The notes beneath the pieces are model-generated. The model made no database searches. It saw only the letters and a list, made by a program, of their open reading frames with translations, and was not told the origin of the DNA. The position numbers were made by a program, and so were the translations under genes. A stretch of 64,000 nucleotides of DNA. Source: Patella caerulea (lineage: Eukaryota). Shown in pieces: positions 30,850-44,390 of this stretch. Location of the stretch: NCBI GenBank assembly GCA_036850965.1, contig JAZGQO010000002.1, positions 26,932,901-26,996,900 of the forward strand. Direction: 5' to 3'. Every line of letters begins with the position of its first letter. Positions within the stretch are counted from its first letter, which is position 1.

Positions 30850-33800
30850 AATTTGAATAGATCTCAGCAACTACGTGTCGCATCGTTACGATTTCTTCGG
30901 TTTTACTGGGAAAGTGGGTGTGACTTAGAGGATAAAGCTATTTTGAACGTTCTGCGACAATGCGAAATGTCCGAAATCACCAAATGATCGTTTTTGAAAA
31001 TATTGCAGTAATTTTAACATTAATCATTGGATTTTAACTTTCGATACATTTTGGCATAGCCGGAGACAGGGCACATAGCTACGCTACTTTCGATTTTTGA
31101 TTTTCTGCAAATCTTCGAAGATATTTGGCGCCAAATTTCGAAAATTTAAAATTTTACAAAAAACTTTTTTATTTATGAATATTTTTTAGTCGTGTTGTGC
31201 ACAGAATTAAAGAGTCATCTGACTAGTGCAAAAATGTTAAAAAATTTTGTCTCAGTAATTTTCCTTGGCCGCCATTGGCTAATTCAGTTTTTCAGTCCTA
31301 GATTAATTTTTTATTGTTCGATTTGTATAAAACAAAGTTCATATGCTTCGTTGTCTCAATTGTCATTTTTTTTATTACCGGAAGTGTTATCTGTCGGCAC
31401 CGGAAGTGGCATAATTTTACCAAAAACTACAATTTTGACAGTTAGGTACCATTTTTCGAAAACAAATATTATTTTTTGGAAAAATTATTTGACTCAAAGA
31501 GTGTGCCCTTTCAAGGCGCAAAAAATGTCGGAAGCAGTTTTTTTAATTTCGATTTCATTTTCGAGCAAATTCGATTAAATGGCTAAAAATGGTGTAAAAT
31601 TGACCTATTTACAACCTATTCAGGCTTTTCAGATTTTAAAATATTTCTTCGTAACTTTTATAAACTTGTAGCTATAACCCATACGAAGAAAATGTATGTT
31701 AAAATTAGTTTGTAATATAAGCAGTTCCCAAGAAATGGGCAGTTCTGTACAAGTCACTGTTTTCGTTATTTTACCTGTAAAATAGTCAATTATTATTGGA
31801 TTTTTATAAAAGTGACATCATTTGATTCAAAAAGCATGTACCGTCAGATCAAGTTGATTACAATTTAAAATTGACACCGGAAGTGGCGTCATTTGGTCAA
31901 AAACTGCATTTTAAACTTTTTAAATCAATGTTTTATTCAACCAAGAATAACTTAATATGTATTAATAATTTTAACTTTTGGCTTAAATTCACATATAAAT
32001 ACAACTCATATAGTCATATAGATATCATAAAATTGTTTCTAACTTGTTCGGTTGCCGAGAAATAGACGGTTTTCTACAGGTCACTTTTGAAGGTTTCGGG
32101 GCCATAAAAGTGTCAATTATTATTCGATTTTCATAAACGTTACACCATGTTATACCTAATGCCATTTGTGATTTCATACAAGTAATTTAAGATTTTCATT
32201 ATCACCGGAAGTAACGTCATTTTGGCAAAAACTGAATTTTTAGCCTTCAAAACAGATATTTTATTCAAATGAGTCTGTTTTGAAATCTTTTTCAAATTAT
32301 GGTATTTGATGCCAATCAACAAATAGAATGAACCCATACGATCATACAGATACCAAAAAATGGTTTCTAACTTGTACGGTTGCAGAGAAATAGCAGATTT
32401 TCTACAAGTCACTTTTCAAGTTTTTTGGTCTTTAAAAGTGGCAATTATTATTCGATTTACATAAAATTGTCACTAATATGATATCGTATGCCATTTCTGA
32501 TTTCATAAGACTAATTGAACATTTTCATTAACACCGGAAGTAATTTAATTTTGTCAAGATCATTTACAAGTAACAAATGTATAAAATGACTTGATATTGC
32601 TGGATTGATTGCTTGATTCTACGTCCATTTTATTTGTGTGCAATGTTAATTTGGAAACCTGTTTAGTGGTTTCGTTGGTACCGGAAGTGACATATGTTCA
32701 AGTGTAACTTGGCACCGAAAGTGACATGTTTAAGAGTAACTTGGCACCAGTGAAACCCGTCATTCCTGCATGCAGGTCTAGTTATTATTATTCTTCTTTT
32801 GTTTTGAGTAGATCTCAGCAACTGCTTGTCGCATCGTTACGATTTCTTCGGTTTTACTGGGAAAGTGGGTGTGACTTAGAGGATAAAGCTATTTTGAACG
32901 TTCTGCGACAATGCGAAATGTCCGAAATCACCAAATTATCGTTTTTTAAAATATTGCAGTAATTTTAACAATAATCATTGAATTTTAACTTTCGATACAT
33001 TTTGGCATAGCCGGAGACAGGGCACATAGCTACACTACTTTCGATTTTTGATTTTCGGTAAATCTTCAAAGATATTAGGCGCCAAATTTTGAAAATTTAA
33101 AATTTTACAAAAAACTTTTTTATTTATGAATATTTTTTAGTCGTATTATGCACAGAATTAAAGGGTCATCTGACTAGTGCAAAAATGTTAAAGAATTTTG
33201 TCTCAGTAATTTACCTTGGCCGCCATTGGCTAATTCAGTTTTTAAGTCCTAGATTAATTTTTTATTGTTCGATTTGTATAAAACAAAGTTCATATGCTTC
33301 GTTGTATCAATTGTCATTTTTTTTATTACCAAAAGTTTTATCTGTCAGCACCGGAAGTGGCATAATTTTACCAAAAACTACAATTTTGACAGTTATTTTA
33401 CTTCTTCGAAAACAAATATTATTTTTTGGTAAAATTATTTGACTCAAAGTGTGTGCCCTTTCAAGGCGCAAAAAATGTAGGAAGCAGTTTTTTTAATTTC
33501 GATTTCATTTTCGAGCAAATTCGATTAAGAGGCTAAAAATGGTGTAAAATTGGCCTATTTACAACCTATTCAGTCTTTTCAGATTTTAAAATATTTCTTC
33601 GTAACTTTTATAAACTTGTAGCTATAATCCATACGAAGAAAATGTATGTTAAAATTCGTTTGTACTATAAGCAGTTACCAAGAAATGGGCAGTTCTGTAC
33701 AAGTCACTGTTTTCGTTATTTTGCCTGTAAAATAGTCAATTATGATTGGATTTTTATAAAAGTGACATCATTTGATTCAAAAAGCACGTAGCGTCATATC

Positions 33801-34760
33801 AAGTTGATTACAATTTAAAATTGACACCGGAAGTGACATCATTTGGTCAAAAAATGCATTTTAAACTTTTTAAATCAATGTTTTATTCAACCAAGAATAA
33901 CTTAATATGTATTAATAATTTTAACTTTTGGTTTAAATTCACATATAAACAAAACTCATATGGTCATATAGATATCATAAAATGGTTTCTAACTTGTTCG
34001 GTTGCCGAGAAATAGACGGTTTTCTACAGGTCACTTTTGAAGGTTTCGGGGCCATAAAAGGGTCAATTATTATTCGATTTTCATAAACGTCACACCATGT
34101 TATACCTAATGCCATTTGGGATTTCATACAAGTAATTTAAGATTTTCATTATCACCGGAAGTAACGTCATTTTGGCAAAAACTGTATTTTTAGCCTCTAA
34201 AACAGATATTTTATTCAAATGAGTCTGTTTTGAAATCTTTTTCAAAGTATAGTATTTGATGCCAATCAACAAATAGAATGAACCCATACGATCATACAGA
34301 TACCACAAAATGGTTTCTAACTTGTACGGTTGCAGAGAAATAGCCGATTTCCTACAAGTCACTTTTCAAGTTTTTTGGTCTTTAAAAGTGGCAATTATTA
34401 TTCGATTTACATAAAATTTTCACTATATGATATCGTATGCCATTTCTGATTTCATAAGACTAATTGAACATTTGCATTAACACAGGGGGTAATTTAATTT
34501 TGTCAAGATCATTTACAAGTAACAAATGTATAAAATGAATTGATATTGCTGGATTTTGTTGATTCTGCGTCCATTTTATTTGTTTGCAATGTTAATTTGG
34601 AAACCTGTTTAGTGGTTTCGCTGGTACCGGAAGTGACATATGTTCAAGGGTAACTTGGCACCGGAAGTGACATGTTTAAGGGTAACGTGGCACCAGTGAA
34701 ACCCGTCATTCCTGCATGCAGGTCTAGTTAATTGTTGTTATTGTGTTATATGCTTTAATG
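30850..34760 (+). repeat. Tandem duplication of a ~1.96-kb unit (30850-32810 and 32810-34760). Each unit is built from ~328-bp sub-repeats headed by CACCGGAAGT, preceded by two ~70-bp hairpin repeats (30700-30850).
   Basis: The two units are near-identical. CACCGGAAGT recurs at 31876, 32204, 32532 (period 328) and again in unit 2. Confidence 0.75.
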
Positions 34761-36025
34761 TTATTGGCTTTAATGTTATTGTCTTTTCTGCTTTAATGGT
34801 TTCTACTGGTTGTCTATATATTACATCTTTCATCTTGGTTAATTAAGTTGTTATTGTTTTATCTGCTAAATGGCTTCTAAAGCGTCCATCTATATATTGC
34901 ACCACATTTATGTTAACTAATCATTATTTGCTTGATAACGATACCTGTATGTGTATTGAAACGTAGCATGTCAATAAAATTCAGAAGTAGTATATCCATA
35001 CAAGTGTGTTTATTTAAAGTAACAATGTGTCTATATTTTGTTCAAATATCCTATATCTCACTTCCTAATCCACGCTAAATATGTCCTCGGATAAATTATC
35101 TAACATCTAATTATGAAAACAAAATCAAAATATCAACACTAGATAATGTCCTAGCTTGGATCTAAAAAGAACTATCAAAAAAATCAATAGATAACATTGT
35201 TTCACAATATTGCAGTTTGAAAGTGATTCATATCATGTCAACATGATGTATCAAGACTTTAATTGTTCTATTATTAGGAGAATAAGGAGACAGTAAGTTA
35301 ATGAGTACACATCATGGCAGTGTAGATAGTAATCAAGGAATAAACATGTCTAATAAGCATTTTGGTCACTGTCATGTCACTGGTGTTTGTGACGATTAAG
35401 TGAAGAGTGAAGATGTCTCAATTATGAATGGATTTGAATTAAGTGTATATAATAAACACTGACTTTAAGTACATATAATTTTGTTATGTTCATTTTATGT
35501 GCTCTATAAATTAGTTTTTCCTGAACAAATCAGAGGTAGATTTTTAATAGGTGACCCAGATGAAAGGAAATTCATATTGATGTGCCCTAAAACATGCCTA
35601 TGGCTGCTGTTATGATTGACAAATCATTAATTATTTCATACTATAATAATTACCTATTTTAAAATCTGTATTTAAAAAGGCGCATACAGTTAGATTTTCA
35701 CCCATGGCTAGCTATTATGATTGACCAATCATTAATTACTTTATACTGCAGTAATTACCTACAATATATTTTAAAATCTTTTTTTAAAAAGATCAATACA
35801 GTTAGATTTTATGTATATGACAGGTCTTACAGGGACAAAGGCATCACGATAACTTGGAAAGCACTGTTGAAAGAGAATATGAACAGATCGATTGGCCAAC
35901 CAATCAAAAAAAACCTCCCAATCGCGGAATAACAGAGCACACATGCAAGGTTTCGAATGTGTCAGGGGCAACAAATTTGCAATTATAAGTGATCCCTGTC
36001 TACCACACCAACTTTCAGAAACATA

Positions 36026-37528
36026 TACTATTCAAAAAAAGTAGGGGATATTTGATTTTTAAGTGTTATTAAAGTCACCTAATGAAACTGACGAAGAAAC
36101 AAATGACAAAATGAAATGAAGTTCACATTCATCGATTTATTCCAAATGATCGTTAGACTAAGTAAGGCACAGACTGACCATTATAAGGGTAAAATGATAC
36201 CCGGGGTCAAACAGCAAAGTTACCACAGCATCACAACAAAGTCAGTAACAGGTAAATCCTCCTCTGTTTGCCAAACAAGCATTGATCCGACGTGGCATAC
36301 TCCTAATGAGACGTCTAAGGTCATTTTGGTCCAGATTGTCCCATTCCTGTTGCAACGCAGCAGCAAGTTCTTGGACATTGGCAGGACATTGTTGACGTTG
36401 ACGTAACCTCTGTCCAAGCATGTCCCAGACATGCTCAATGGGGGAGAGGTCGGGACTGTGGTGATGTTATGTTGTTGGAGGTAACCTGTAACGATCCTGG
36501 CCCTGTGACATCTTGCGTTGTCATCCTGGAAGATGAAACGGCGGCCATGACGTCGTGCAAACGGCACAACATGGACTGCCAAGATGTTGTCCCGGTAGTA
36601 CTGGCCTGTAACACGCCCTGCAACAACATGTAAAGCCGTTCTTCCAGCAACAGTGATGCCTCCCCACACCATAACAGAACCACCCCCAAATCGATCATGT
36701 CTCATAACGTTAACGTCTTGGAAGCGCTCGTTTCGACGACGCCACACCCGCCTACGTCTGTCCAAAAAATCAACAGTGAACCTTGACTCATCTGAAAACA
36801 TCACATTGCTCCAGCGTCGATTATCCCAGTGTTGACAATTCCTACACCAACGACGTTTTGCCTGAATGTGATGATCTCTCAAACAAGGGATCACGCGACG
36901 ACGCCGGGCGCGAAGGTGACCCCTATGTAGTCGATTCTGAATCGTCTGGCCACTCACTCTAACACCAGTGTCTGTTTGAAGACGAGCGCTGATCTGATTT
37001 GCTGTGATGGCACGATTTCTCAAGGTCAAGGTACGGATAAATCGATCCTGGGCTTGAGTTGTCGCCCTTGGTCGACCTGAGCGTGGTCTGTCCTGTACAG
37101 ATTGTGTATCACGGTATCTGGACCATAGCCTACTTATGACAGACTGAGAAACATTCATCGTCTGCACCACAACCGCCTGTGTTGTGCCGATCTGTAGCAT
37201 GCCAAGGGCACGTAACCTTTCATTTTGGGTAAGCCGAAAATTTGTTTTCTGGTCACTAAAACAATTAAACTGATGTTTCCACCCTGGAATTCATTGCCAC
37301 AATGACTGTAACATTCAAAGTCAGAGTCGTGCAAATCTTGGGTTGGACCCCCATGATGATCCCAAGCATCACCTGCATTCCATGCGGTAGCTATTGGTGC
37401 GTTTGGGCGTCACATTTAACTGGAAATGTTTCTTCTGTTAGGTTCTATAGTGACTTTTTTCGTAGTCATTTGCATATTTTAGTATTATGCCCCCAAAATC
37501 AAATATCCCCTACTTTTTTTGAATAGTA
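36026..37528 (-). mobile_element. Tc1/mariner DNA transposon (~1.5 kb) with ~37-bp TIRs (TACTATTCAAAAAAAGTAGGGGATATTTGATTTT) and TA target-site duplications.
   Basis: Left end TA|TACTATTC… at 36024-36062. Right end …GAATAGTA|TA at ~37492-37530. Confidence 0.8.
36220..37200 (-). CDS. Tc1-family DD34E transposase, near-intact. A frameshift near 36460 places the third catalytic motif (SPDLSPIEHVWD) out of frame.
   Basis: VMFSDESRF (D1), FQDDNARCH (D2), and DLSPIEHVWD in another frame ~34 aa after D2. Confidence 0.75.
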   Translation of the reverse strand: MLQIGTTQAVVVQTMNVSQSVISRLWSRYRDTQSVQDRPRSGRPRATTQAQDRFIRTLTLRNRAITANQISARLQTDTGVRVSGQTIQNRLHRGHLRARRRRVIPCLRDHHIQAKRRWCRNCQHWDNRRWSNVMFSDESRFTVDFLDRRRRVWRRRNERFQDVNVMRHDRFGGGSVMVWGGITVAGRTALHVVAGRVTGQYYRDNILAVHVVPFARRHGRRFIFQDDNARCHRARIVTGYLQQHNITTVPTSPPLSMSGTCLDRGYVNVNNVLPMSKNLLLRCNRNGTIWTKMTLDVSLGVCHVGSMLVWQTEEDLPVTDFVVMLW

Positions 37529-38262
37529 TATTATAATTGTATACAAAGAATACCTTATCATCAGCTGTGAGATTCCCAAATACATCTATCTTTGTAACTT
37601 CATCTGAAAGAGAAATCAAATAGGCCTGATCACAAATAACATTAAGGTCATTAAACTTTCATCTACAATAACAGACACCTCCATTGAGTAGTTAATAGAC
37701 TATTGGTACCAGTATTGTTTGATGGTACAGAATTCAAATCTAGCATCTCTTTCCAAAATCAAGTCACAAATAGTTTTAAGAACCTTGATTTCATAGAAGA
37801 CTATATGCTGTATATGCCATTTGAGCCTAGTGCAGAATCCACATCACCAAATGGTTTTGCAGATTCGTGTATGGATATACCTCTTGAGAATAGAGACGGT
37901 ATACAGAATCTGGATTGGGAATGATGTGGTTATAAACCAACAAGTTTTACTGGTATATGTCTATTTTATCATAACACCACTTCTCCGTTCTATATATATA
38001 TCAACCAGTAATACTTTTACCCAAAACATTAAATCCATTTGGGATTTAAAATTCACACAATTCACTGCAAAATGAAATGCCATAATCCAATGCAGACAAT
38101 TTGATTGGGCAATAAACGTTGACATATCTATACACAGTCATCAAAGAATATATCTCTGTGAATAATGTCATAAAACATAAAAATCAACATGATGATTTAA
38201 AAAGATTGTGTACATAAAAGTCAGGACATGAAAAATAAAACCAAAACATCTCCATACCTGAG

Positions 38263-38545
38263 GTTTCCCTAGATCTTTTTGCTGGAGGTTCTTCTGCTGA
38301 ATCTGTTTGCTTTCTCTTCCTTGTACCAGAAATCTTTGGTTCAGTTTCTTCTTCTTCTTCCGATGATGATATAACAATACATTGAGACATCTGAGAAATG
38401 CTTTCGATTAACTTTTCTGGGCTGTTTACAATTTGAACAGAATTGCCACATTTAATACCTTGAGGAGATTGTTTGTAATTGTGTTCGTCCAAGTCAATAT
38501 CATTGTCATACAAATTTGAACTTTCTTCTTGGGAAAACTTTACAT
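38263..38545 (-). CDS. Probable host exon encoding an acidic/Ser-rich nuclear-protein segment with a bipartite NLS-like KRKQTDSAEEPPAKRSR.
   Basis: On the minus strand, donor CTCAG|GTATGG at ~38263 and a pyrimidine tract plus AAG/CAG acceptor at ~38545. The ORF is protein-like. Confidence 0.35.
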
Positions 38546-39239
38546 CATCTTGAGGAACACAGCAGAATAATTCTACAGAAATATTTAGAATAATTACACA
38601 ACATAATTCAAAATACAATTTCAAAGCAAGTTTGGAAGATGTAAGCAAATCCACTATTATTTCAACTGATATAATTATAGCCATAGCCTGTTTAAAAATT
38701 GTAAACAAGGGAGTTTAACTTGAGTATTGCATGGAATCACTTGCTTGGAAATTGCATTTTGAGGGACATTATTGATAATCGATTTAATATTCAAAATGTC
38801 AATTTGCCATCAAGAGAGAGAAAGAGAGAGAGTTGGGTTTAATGTCATTATTGCTATAATAATTAAAAATTAGATGATAATAAAAGAAAATATTGAAAAT
38901 TTCAGTCAAATGACCCCACCCACATATTCAGCGGTGGTAACCAGTAGTAACAACAGTGACTAACAGTAAACATTAGCTTGGTAAGCCATTTATTTTCAAG
39001 ATGTCAGTCTGATAATAATACTTCCGGGAAATTAGGTTTGATGTTCAATTAAATTAATGCACGGTCGTTTTGGGACCAAAATATAGTTTGATTACGTCTC
39101 TGTGGGCAACTGGAGAAATTGCCAACAATGGAAATGGCTAATTATATGGGTATTGTAAAATGAAAGGCCTATATCATACACAATAGCATACTTAGTAGGA
39201 CCAATGTAAGAGACACGAAAATATATAGAACAGGCGGTT

Positions 39240-39648
39240 ATGGTGTATCGGTGATATTTGAACGGTTTTAAAATCAGATAAAAATTGTGACCTCTGAAGG
39301 TACTGCAAGCTAAAAATGTGATTTATCGTACAATAAGGGGCCATAATACGCAAAAGTATGGTCCGATATGCACCGTATAGGAACCGAGATCTTTGGGTTA
39401 TAAACAGATATTTTAAGGTTTATAAAAATCAGATAAAAACTGTGACCTCAAGAAGGACCAAAAGCTAAAAATGTGATTTTTCATATAATTTGGGTCCATA
39501 ATCCATGAAGTCATGGTTCAATTCATGCCAATATCAACAGGAACCAAGAGCATTGGGGTATAAACCTATATTTCAAGTTTCGTCAAAATTGGACAAAAAT
39601 TATGAATGGACAGGGGCGACAACAATATACGTCCACATGAAAATGTGG
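39240..39648 (+). mobile_element. Short HINE-like element (two ~165-bp monomers of the 59-61 kb family) ending in the conserved terminus CAGGGGCGACAACAATATACGTCCACATGAAAATGTGG.
   Basis: Direct read. Confidence 0.6.
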
Positions 39649-40019
39649 AAAAATAATAATAAACAAGCTAACAGTGAGGCTGATGTCCCCCACCGAAATC
39701 CCAAAATAAATAGATGACACATATTAATTAATCGCACATTTATTTTTTTCAAACGTATCGAGCAATCAAACTGTACACGAAGTGTCATCCAAAAGTGTTT
39801 TAGAAAGAAAAATGCTAAAACCGATGAGAAAAATGAAAATGTACCCTAGTTAGGGGGACCCTAAAGCCAGACAAAAGGGCCCCCACGCTTGACAAAAGAG
39901 CCCCTCTGGCCAAGGGAAGGGCCCTCGTGTCCGAGTCAATCGTTTCTATACACTGTTACTGTCGAATCCATTACTGAATGAGAATGCAGTCATTGTATTG
40001 GCATAAAAATCATCAATCA

Positions 40020-40488
40020 AGATGAACCTAAGTTATCTTGTCCCAAAGTATCAGCCAATCAAATTGCTTATCTCTGCCTACCATAAGAAGAAAATGCTCA
40101 TCTTTGAACTCCATCAAGGCATTGACCTAATAAGCATACACACCAATTTTGAACATTTTAACTCAATTCGAAGGAGAGTTATTGTGTTCCAAATACTCGA
40201 CCAATCAACTTGCATATCGCTCTGCTTACTCTGAGCAGAAAATGCTCATTATCGAACTTAGTCAAGGTATTAGGCTACTGTAATGAAACTATACACCAAG
40301 TTTCATCACTCTCACTTAATTAGAACTAAAGTTATCGTGTCCCAAAGCGTCAACCAATATCTCTGCTTACCCTAAGCGGAAAATGCTCATCTTTGAACTC
40401 CATCAAGGCATTGACCTAATAAACACATACACCAAGTTTGAACATTCTAGCTCAATTAGGAAGAGAGTTATTTTGTCCCAAAAAGTGT

Positions 40489-40527
<39 letters not shown>

Positions 40528-40575
40528 CCATTTCAATAGTTGCCCAACTTTCTTCGAAAGACGGGGGACAAAAAA
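40020..40575 (+). mobile_element. Related element: ~120-150-bp tandem monomers, then a (GACA)n microsatellite (40490-40527), then tail GACGGGGGACAAAAAATATAATCC.
   Basis: Same array, microsatellite, tail architecture. The tail is similar to GACAGGGGCGACGACATAATACG of the main family. Confidence 0.5.
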
Positions 40576-41740
40576 TATAATCCTAAAACTAAAGGTTTAT
40601 ACTAATACACCAGTTATGGATGTTAAAATACACTTGCATAGGCAATTGAATCTTGGAATTGAAATGGTGTGTAACGACCTACGTTTCTACATCCAACTGG
40701 GCTAATACACTGCGCACATGGCAGCATTTCCGCCTACTCTTCTTTGTATTCCAATTGTAAAGGAATCTTTTTTACGTGCATCTCATTATGTACACTGTGT
40801 CTTGGTTTTTCGACCCATCCAAATGTCCCTCAATCTTGAATAAATCTGACAATGGGAAACCATGCTGGAAAATACTCAAGAACTTTCTCGAACACTAGGT
40901 CTACTGGTAATAGAGTCAGCATCTTACTCACTAAGCCACCGTGGCTACCAAAATAAAAAGAAGCAAACAGATAAATACGGTCTTAAATAGATCATACATT
41001 AATGATACTACTTACCTGCTATCAGAGCTTGACTTTTCTTCCAAGTAATATTGTCTTCAGTATTTTTTAAAGTCTTCAACAGGCTCTGATATAGCTGACT
41101 ATTGCAGGACGAAAATTTATACATGGATAAACTTGTTACTGCACTTTGCACATGTTTGGTTAGCAGGACATGTAATTTCATCATCCATGACTCATAACGA
41201 AGATGTGGTTTTATCTTGATTAGAAAAACTTGAAGAGCTGTACAAGAAATCGAGTGACGATGATGAAAGAAAACTGCCATTAGAAGGCGCTGTATGTCTG
41301 AAGACAGCAGTACAATTCTTGGTTTACTGAAAATAAAAGGTTCTTTTACCAAAAAAGTTCATAATAGGCCAACCATAATAAGTTTTGAAATAAGATAAAC
41401 TTGAACTTTCCAAACAGCTACAGAACTATGGAGCTTTGGATGACGTATCTGTTGTTCCACAACAGAGATGAGAAAGTGAGATTTGTAGGCCTACAGTGTC
41501 AGTTTAGACATAGAGCACTGTAGTTTTCATAGATGCTACCTTGGTGATATTGGAATTAAATCCTTCATGATCAAGGAAGTTAACAACACAGATAAATGTT
41601 CTGGTACTTTCTCTATGGCTGTGATTTATGTCATATTGAAACCTCCTCAGAAATAGCCAGAACATTTAATGTTTAACGAAATATGTTAGTAAACAAACAT
41701 CAATCCCTGTTTCATCAGGAGATATGGTGCCCAATCTCGA

Positions 41741-42000
41741 TGTAAATTATCCATTACAACCTATTTTACTTGTCCCGAGGGTTCAAAAATATTTTAAAAT
41801 CCAAGTCACATTTGAAAAGGTTTACGTTAAACTTTTCAAATCAATTGGTTGAATTTTTCCAATTTTTCAAAATAGGTGTGTTAAGATGAAATTTATATCA
41901 TCATTTAATTGGAATATTCTAAAATAATATGATTTGTTGACCAGAATGAAGATTGGGACATATTATTCAGTAACAACAAGAGTGTTATTGGGGCTTTAAA
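41741..42000 (+). repeat. Copy 2 of the 26810-27175 repeat family.
   Basis: Sequence identity. Confidence 0.6.
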
Positions 42001-42208
42001 TTTGAATCAGGCATAAAATAAGTTTTTCCTAAAATGATTTGTTTCATCATGCCAGAAAGCGGCTGATGTTCTTAATACATATGTACATAGTATAGAATGT
42101 CAGCTGCCTGACTGTTGGCTTTTGCTATTCTGGGACAAATTACGAACAGAACCAAGTCGACCCTAATGACCTAACCCATAATTCAAAATCTAATTATATT
42201 GTACTTAC

Positions 42209-42420
42209 AAAGCTAACTGGTTAGCTACAATGTTTGGTTCAATGTCCACCAATTCAGACAGTAACGTTGTCCAGTTTGGTTTGATTTCATATCCACAGGA
42301 CATAACATCTTTAATCCAATCCTCTGCAGCTTTCAGTTGTTTATTTGGACTTGATAGAGCCTTCAACAATCCTTGCCAGTCTTTACTTATTTTATTTATA
42401 AGTTGATTATTATTGTTAAA
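42209..42420 (-). CDS. Possible death-domain-like exon of a host gene (…ISKDWQGLLKALSSPNKQLKAAEDWIKDV…NWTTLLSELVDIEPNIVANQLAL) ending at donor AGCTTTG|GTAAGT. A weaker paralogous segment lies in ORF 41008-41352 (-).
   Basis: The DW..LL.AL … W..LL.EL spacing resembles death-fold domains. GTAAGT donor at 42203-42208 on the minus strand. Confidence 0.25.
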
Positions 42421-43954
42421 ATACATATTGGTTTTTTTTTGTCATTTTATTAAATATCTGAAATATTAGAAAAATGTTTCATCAAAAGGATAACAGATTC
42501 CATTATAATACACAGCGGTGGTAGTTCTGTAACTTCCACACACTAAGGTTCGTCCTTGTGTTATTTGTCACAGCCTCCTGACTTATCTTTTGGCAGAAGA
42601 AATAGTTTACTGATACAATTAGATATATGTATAAGAAATCCAGATTTATGAATAAAATTCTTGTACTGCTCACAGTTTGTTTTTGGCGTTGTAACGATGG
42701 GGTTACTTTTTGGGGCTATGTTAGCATTTTCAGGAGTGTTTTTGTGATTTTTTAATTTGATACCAGTACCATAGGCTACATGGTTTATCTGAGTTAAATT
42801 GATAATTTAACAGTAGGATGTTAAACCCCATTTCATTTCCACAATACTAAGACGTGTACACAATTTTGTTGTATGGAAGAGAAGAAATGCTAGTAGCCTA
42901 GGCTACTCTTTGACTGTTTTGTTATTTGATTTTAGATCGAATCACCAATGTTTGTGAAATAAACTCAATTGTATTGTTTGTTAATTGTATGGAAGAAATA
43001 AATTTTACTCCTTGATTGTTTTGATGTTATATCAGCATTATCATTTTAATAGCTCATCGATGTTTTGTAATAAAATTAACTTGTATTGTTTGTTCATTTT
43101 ATCATCACTGAACTTATACTTGGCAATTTCATACTAACTTGTCTATAGTATCATGTGGCCGTAAACACCGGGATCGAACAAACGATTCTCAAAAAAAACT
43201 CATGACCCTAGACTACTTATTACACATGTAATACATAGATATAAACTTCCAATCTTCAATAATATAATTTGTTGTAAATATATACGCAATTAGAATCATT
43301 TGGACTTCTCTTCAAGTTTATGCTCCTAACCCTGTCTGTCTGATGAAAATTACTTGATCCCCTTTGCCAACTTCCTTTTCAATTAATGATGTATGAGATT
43401 AGATTGGTCGATATAAATAGCACAATCACCAAGGGTGGATGATGTAATTTGAAAACGTGTTTCCCCCATAGATTAACTCAGGGATTAATGGAGTAGAGTA
43501 GAATGGGAGAGAATCACTGGAGATACCGAGAATGCCCTTGGCCTTGGCCTTATGGCTGGATTGAGAAGTCTGAGTGATACAGGTGTGGACGACTCCAGCA
43601 ACAGGCCAACGGGTAGGCTATAGGCGACTTCACGGTTCACTGGACTTTTCGTGTGGAGTGGATGACTTTCCTTGTGGACGACTTGACCGGTAGCACGATT
43701 TACCCAATTCTTCCCAAATCCACCATTATTTCAACTGATATCACAATAATTTATATCTATGGCATAATAATTACTTTTAAAAAAAAGATATAGCCTACAT
43801 ATTGATTGTTATATAGCCTATGTGGAAATAATGGCCCAGAGGTTTTGGGTAGATTTGTTTATTTGGCCCTACATGAGTTATGTCGCTTAGTTACAACTAA
43901 CAAACTTGCTTCTTCTTATAAAAGGGTTGCAAAGTCGACATATTAAGCCCCTCT

Positions 43955-44390
43955 TTAAAGCCCCAATGCCAATATGTACCACTCTTGTTGTAAATGAATA
44001 ATATGTCCCAATCTTCATTCTGGTCAACAAATTGTATTATTTTACAATATTCCAATTAATTGATGGTATAAATTTCATTTTAACACACCTAATTTAAAAA
44101 ATTGGAAAAATTCAACTTATTGTATTGATTTGAAAAGTCTAACGTAAACCTTTTCAAATGTGACTTGGATTTTAAAATATTTTCGAACCCTTTGGAAAAG
44201 TAAAATAGGATGTAATGGATAATTTACACAACAGGTAAGACACTAAAACATCTAGTACTTAGAATAAGGCTGTTATTTATTTTCTAGTACTTAGAATAAG
44301 GCTATTATTTATTTTCTGGAGCTACCAAGCCCTGCAACGTACAGATTCAGAAGGGTGCTATTGTCCCTTTAAATCTTTCCCGCGAATAGT
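43955..44390 (-). repeat. Copy 3 (reverse) of the 26810-27175 repeat family.
   Basis: Reverse-complement identity including the extended flank. Confidence 0.6.

Noticed and set aside
31192-33442. 128-aa ORF 31192-31578 and its partial duplicate 33185-33442 inside the 1.96-kb tandem unit.
   Set aside because: Low-complexity hydrophobic translation of an AT-rich repeat. The duplicate copy is frame-disrupted, so there is no coding constraint.
36116-36406. 96-aa + strand ORF inside the Tc1 element.
   Set aside because: It is antisense to the transposase C-terminus. Tc1 elements encode a single transposase gene.
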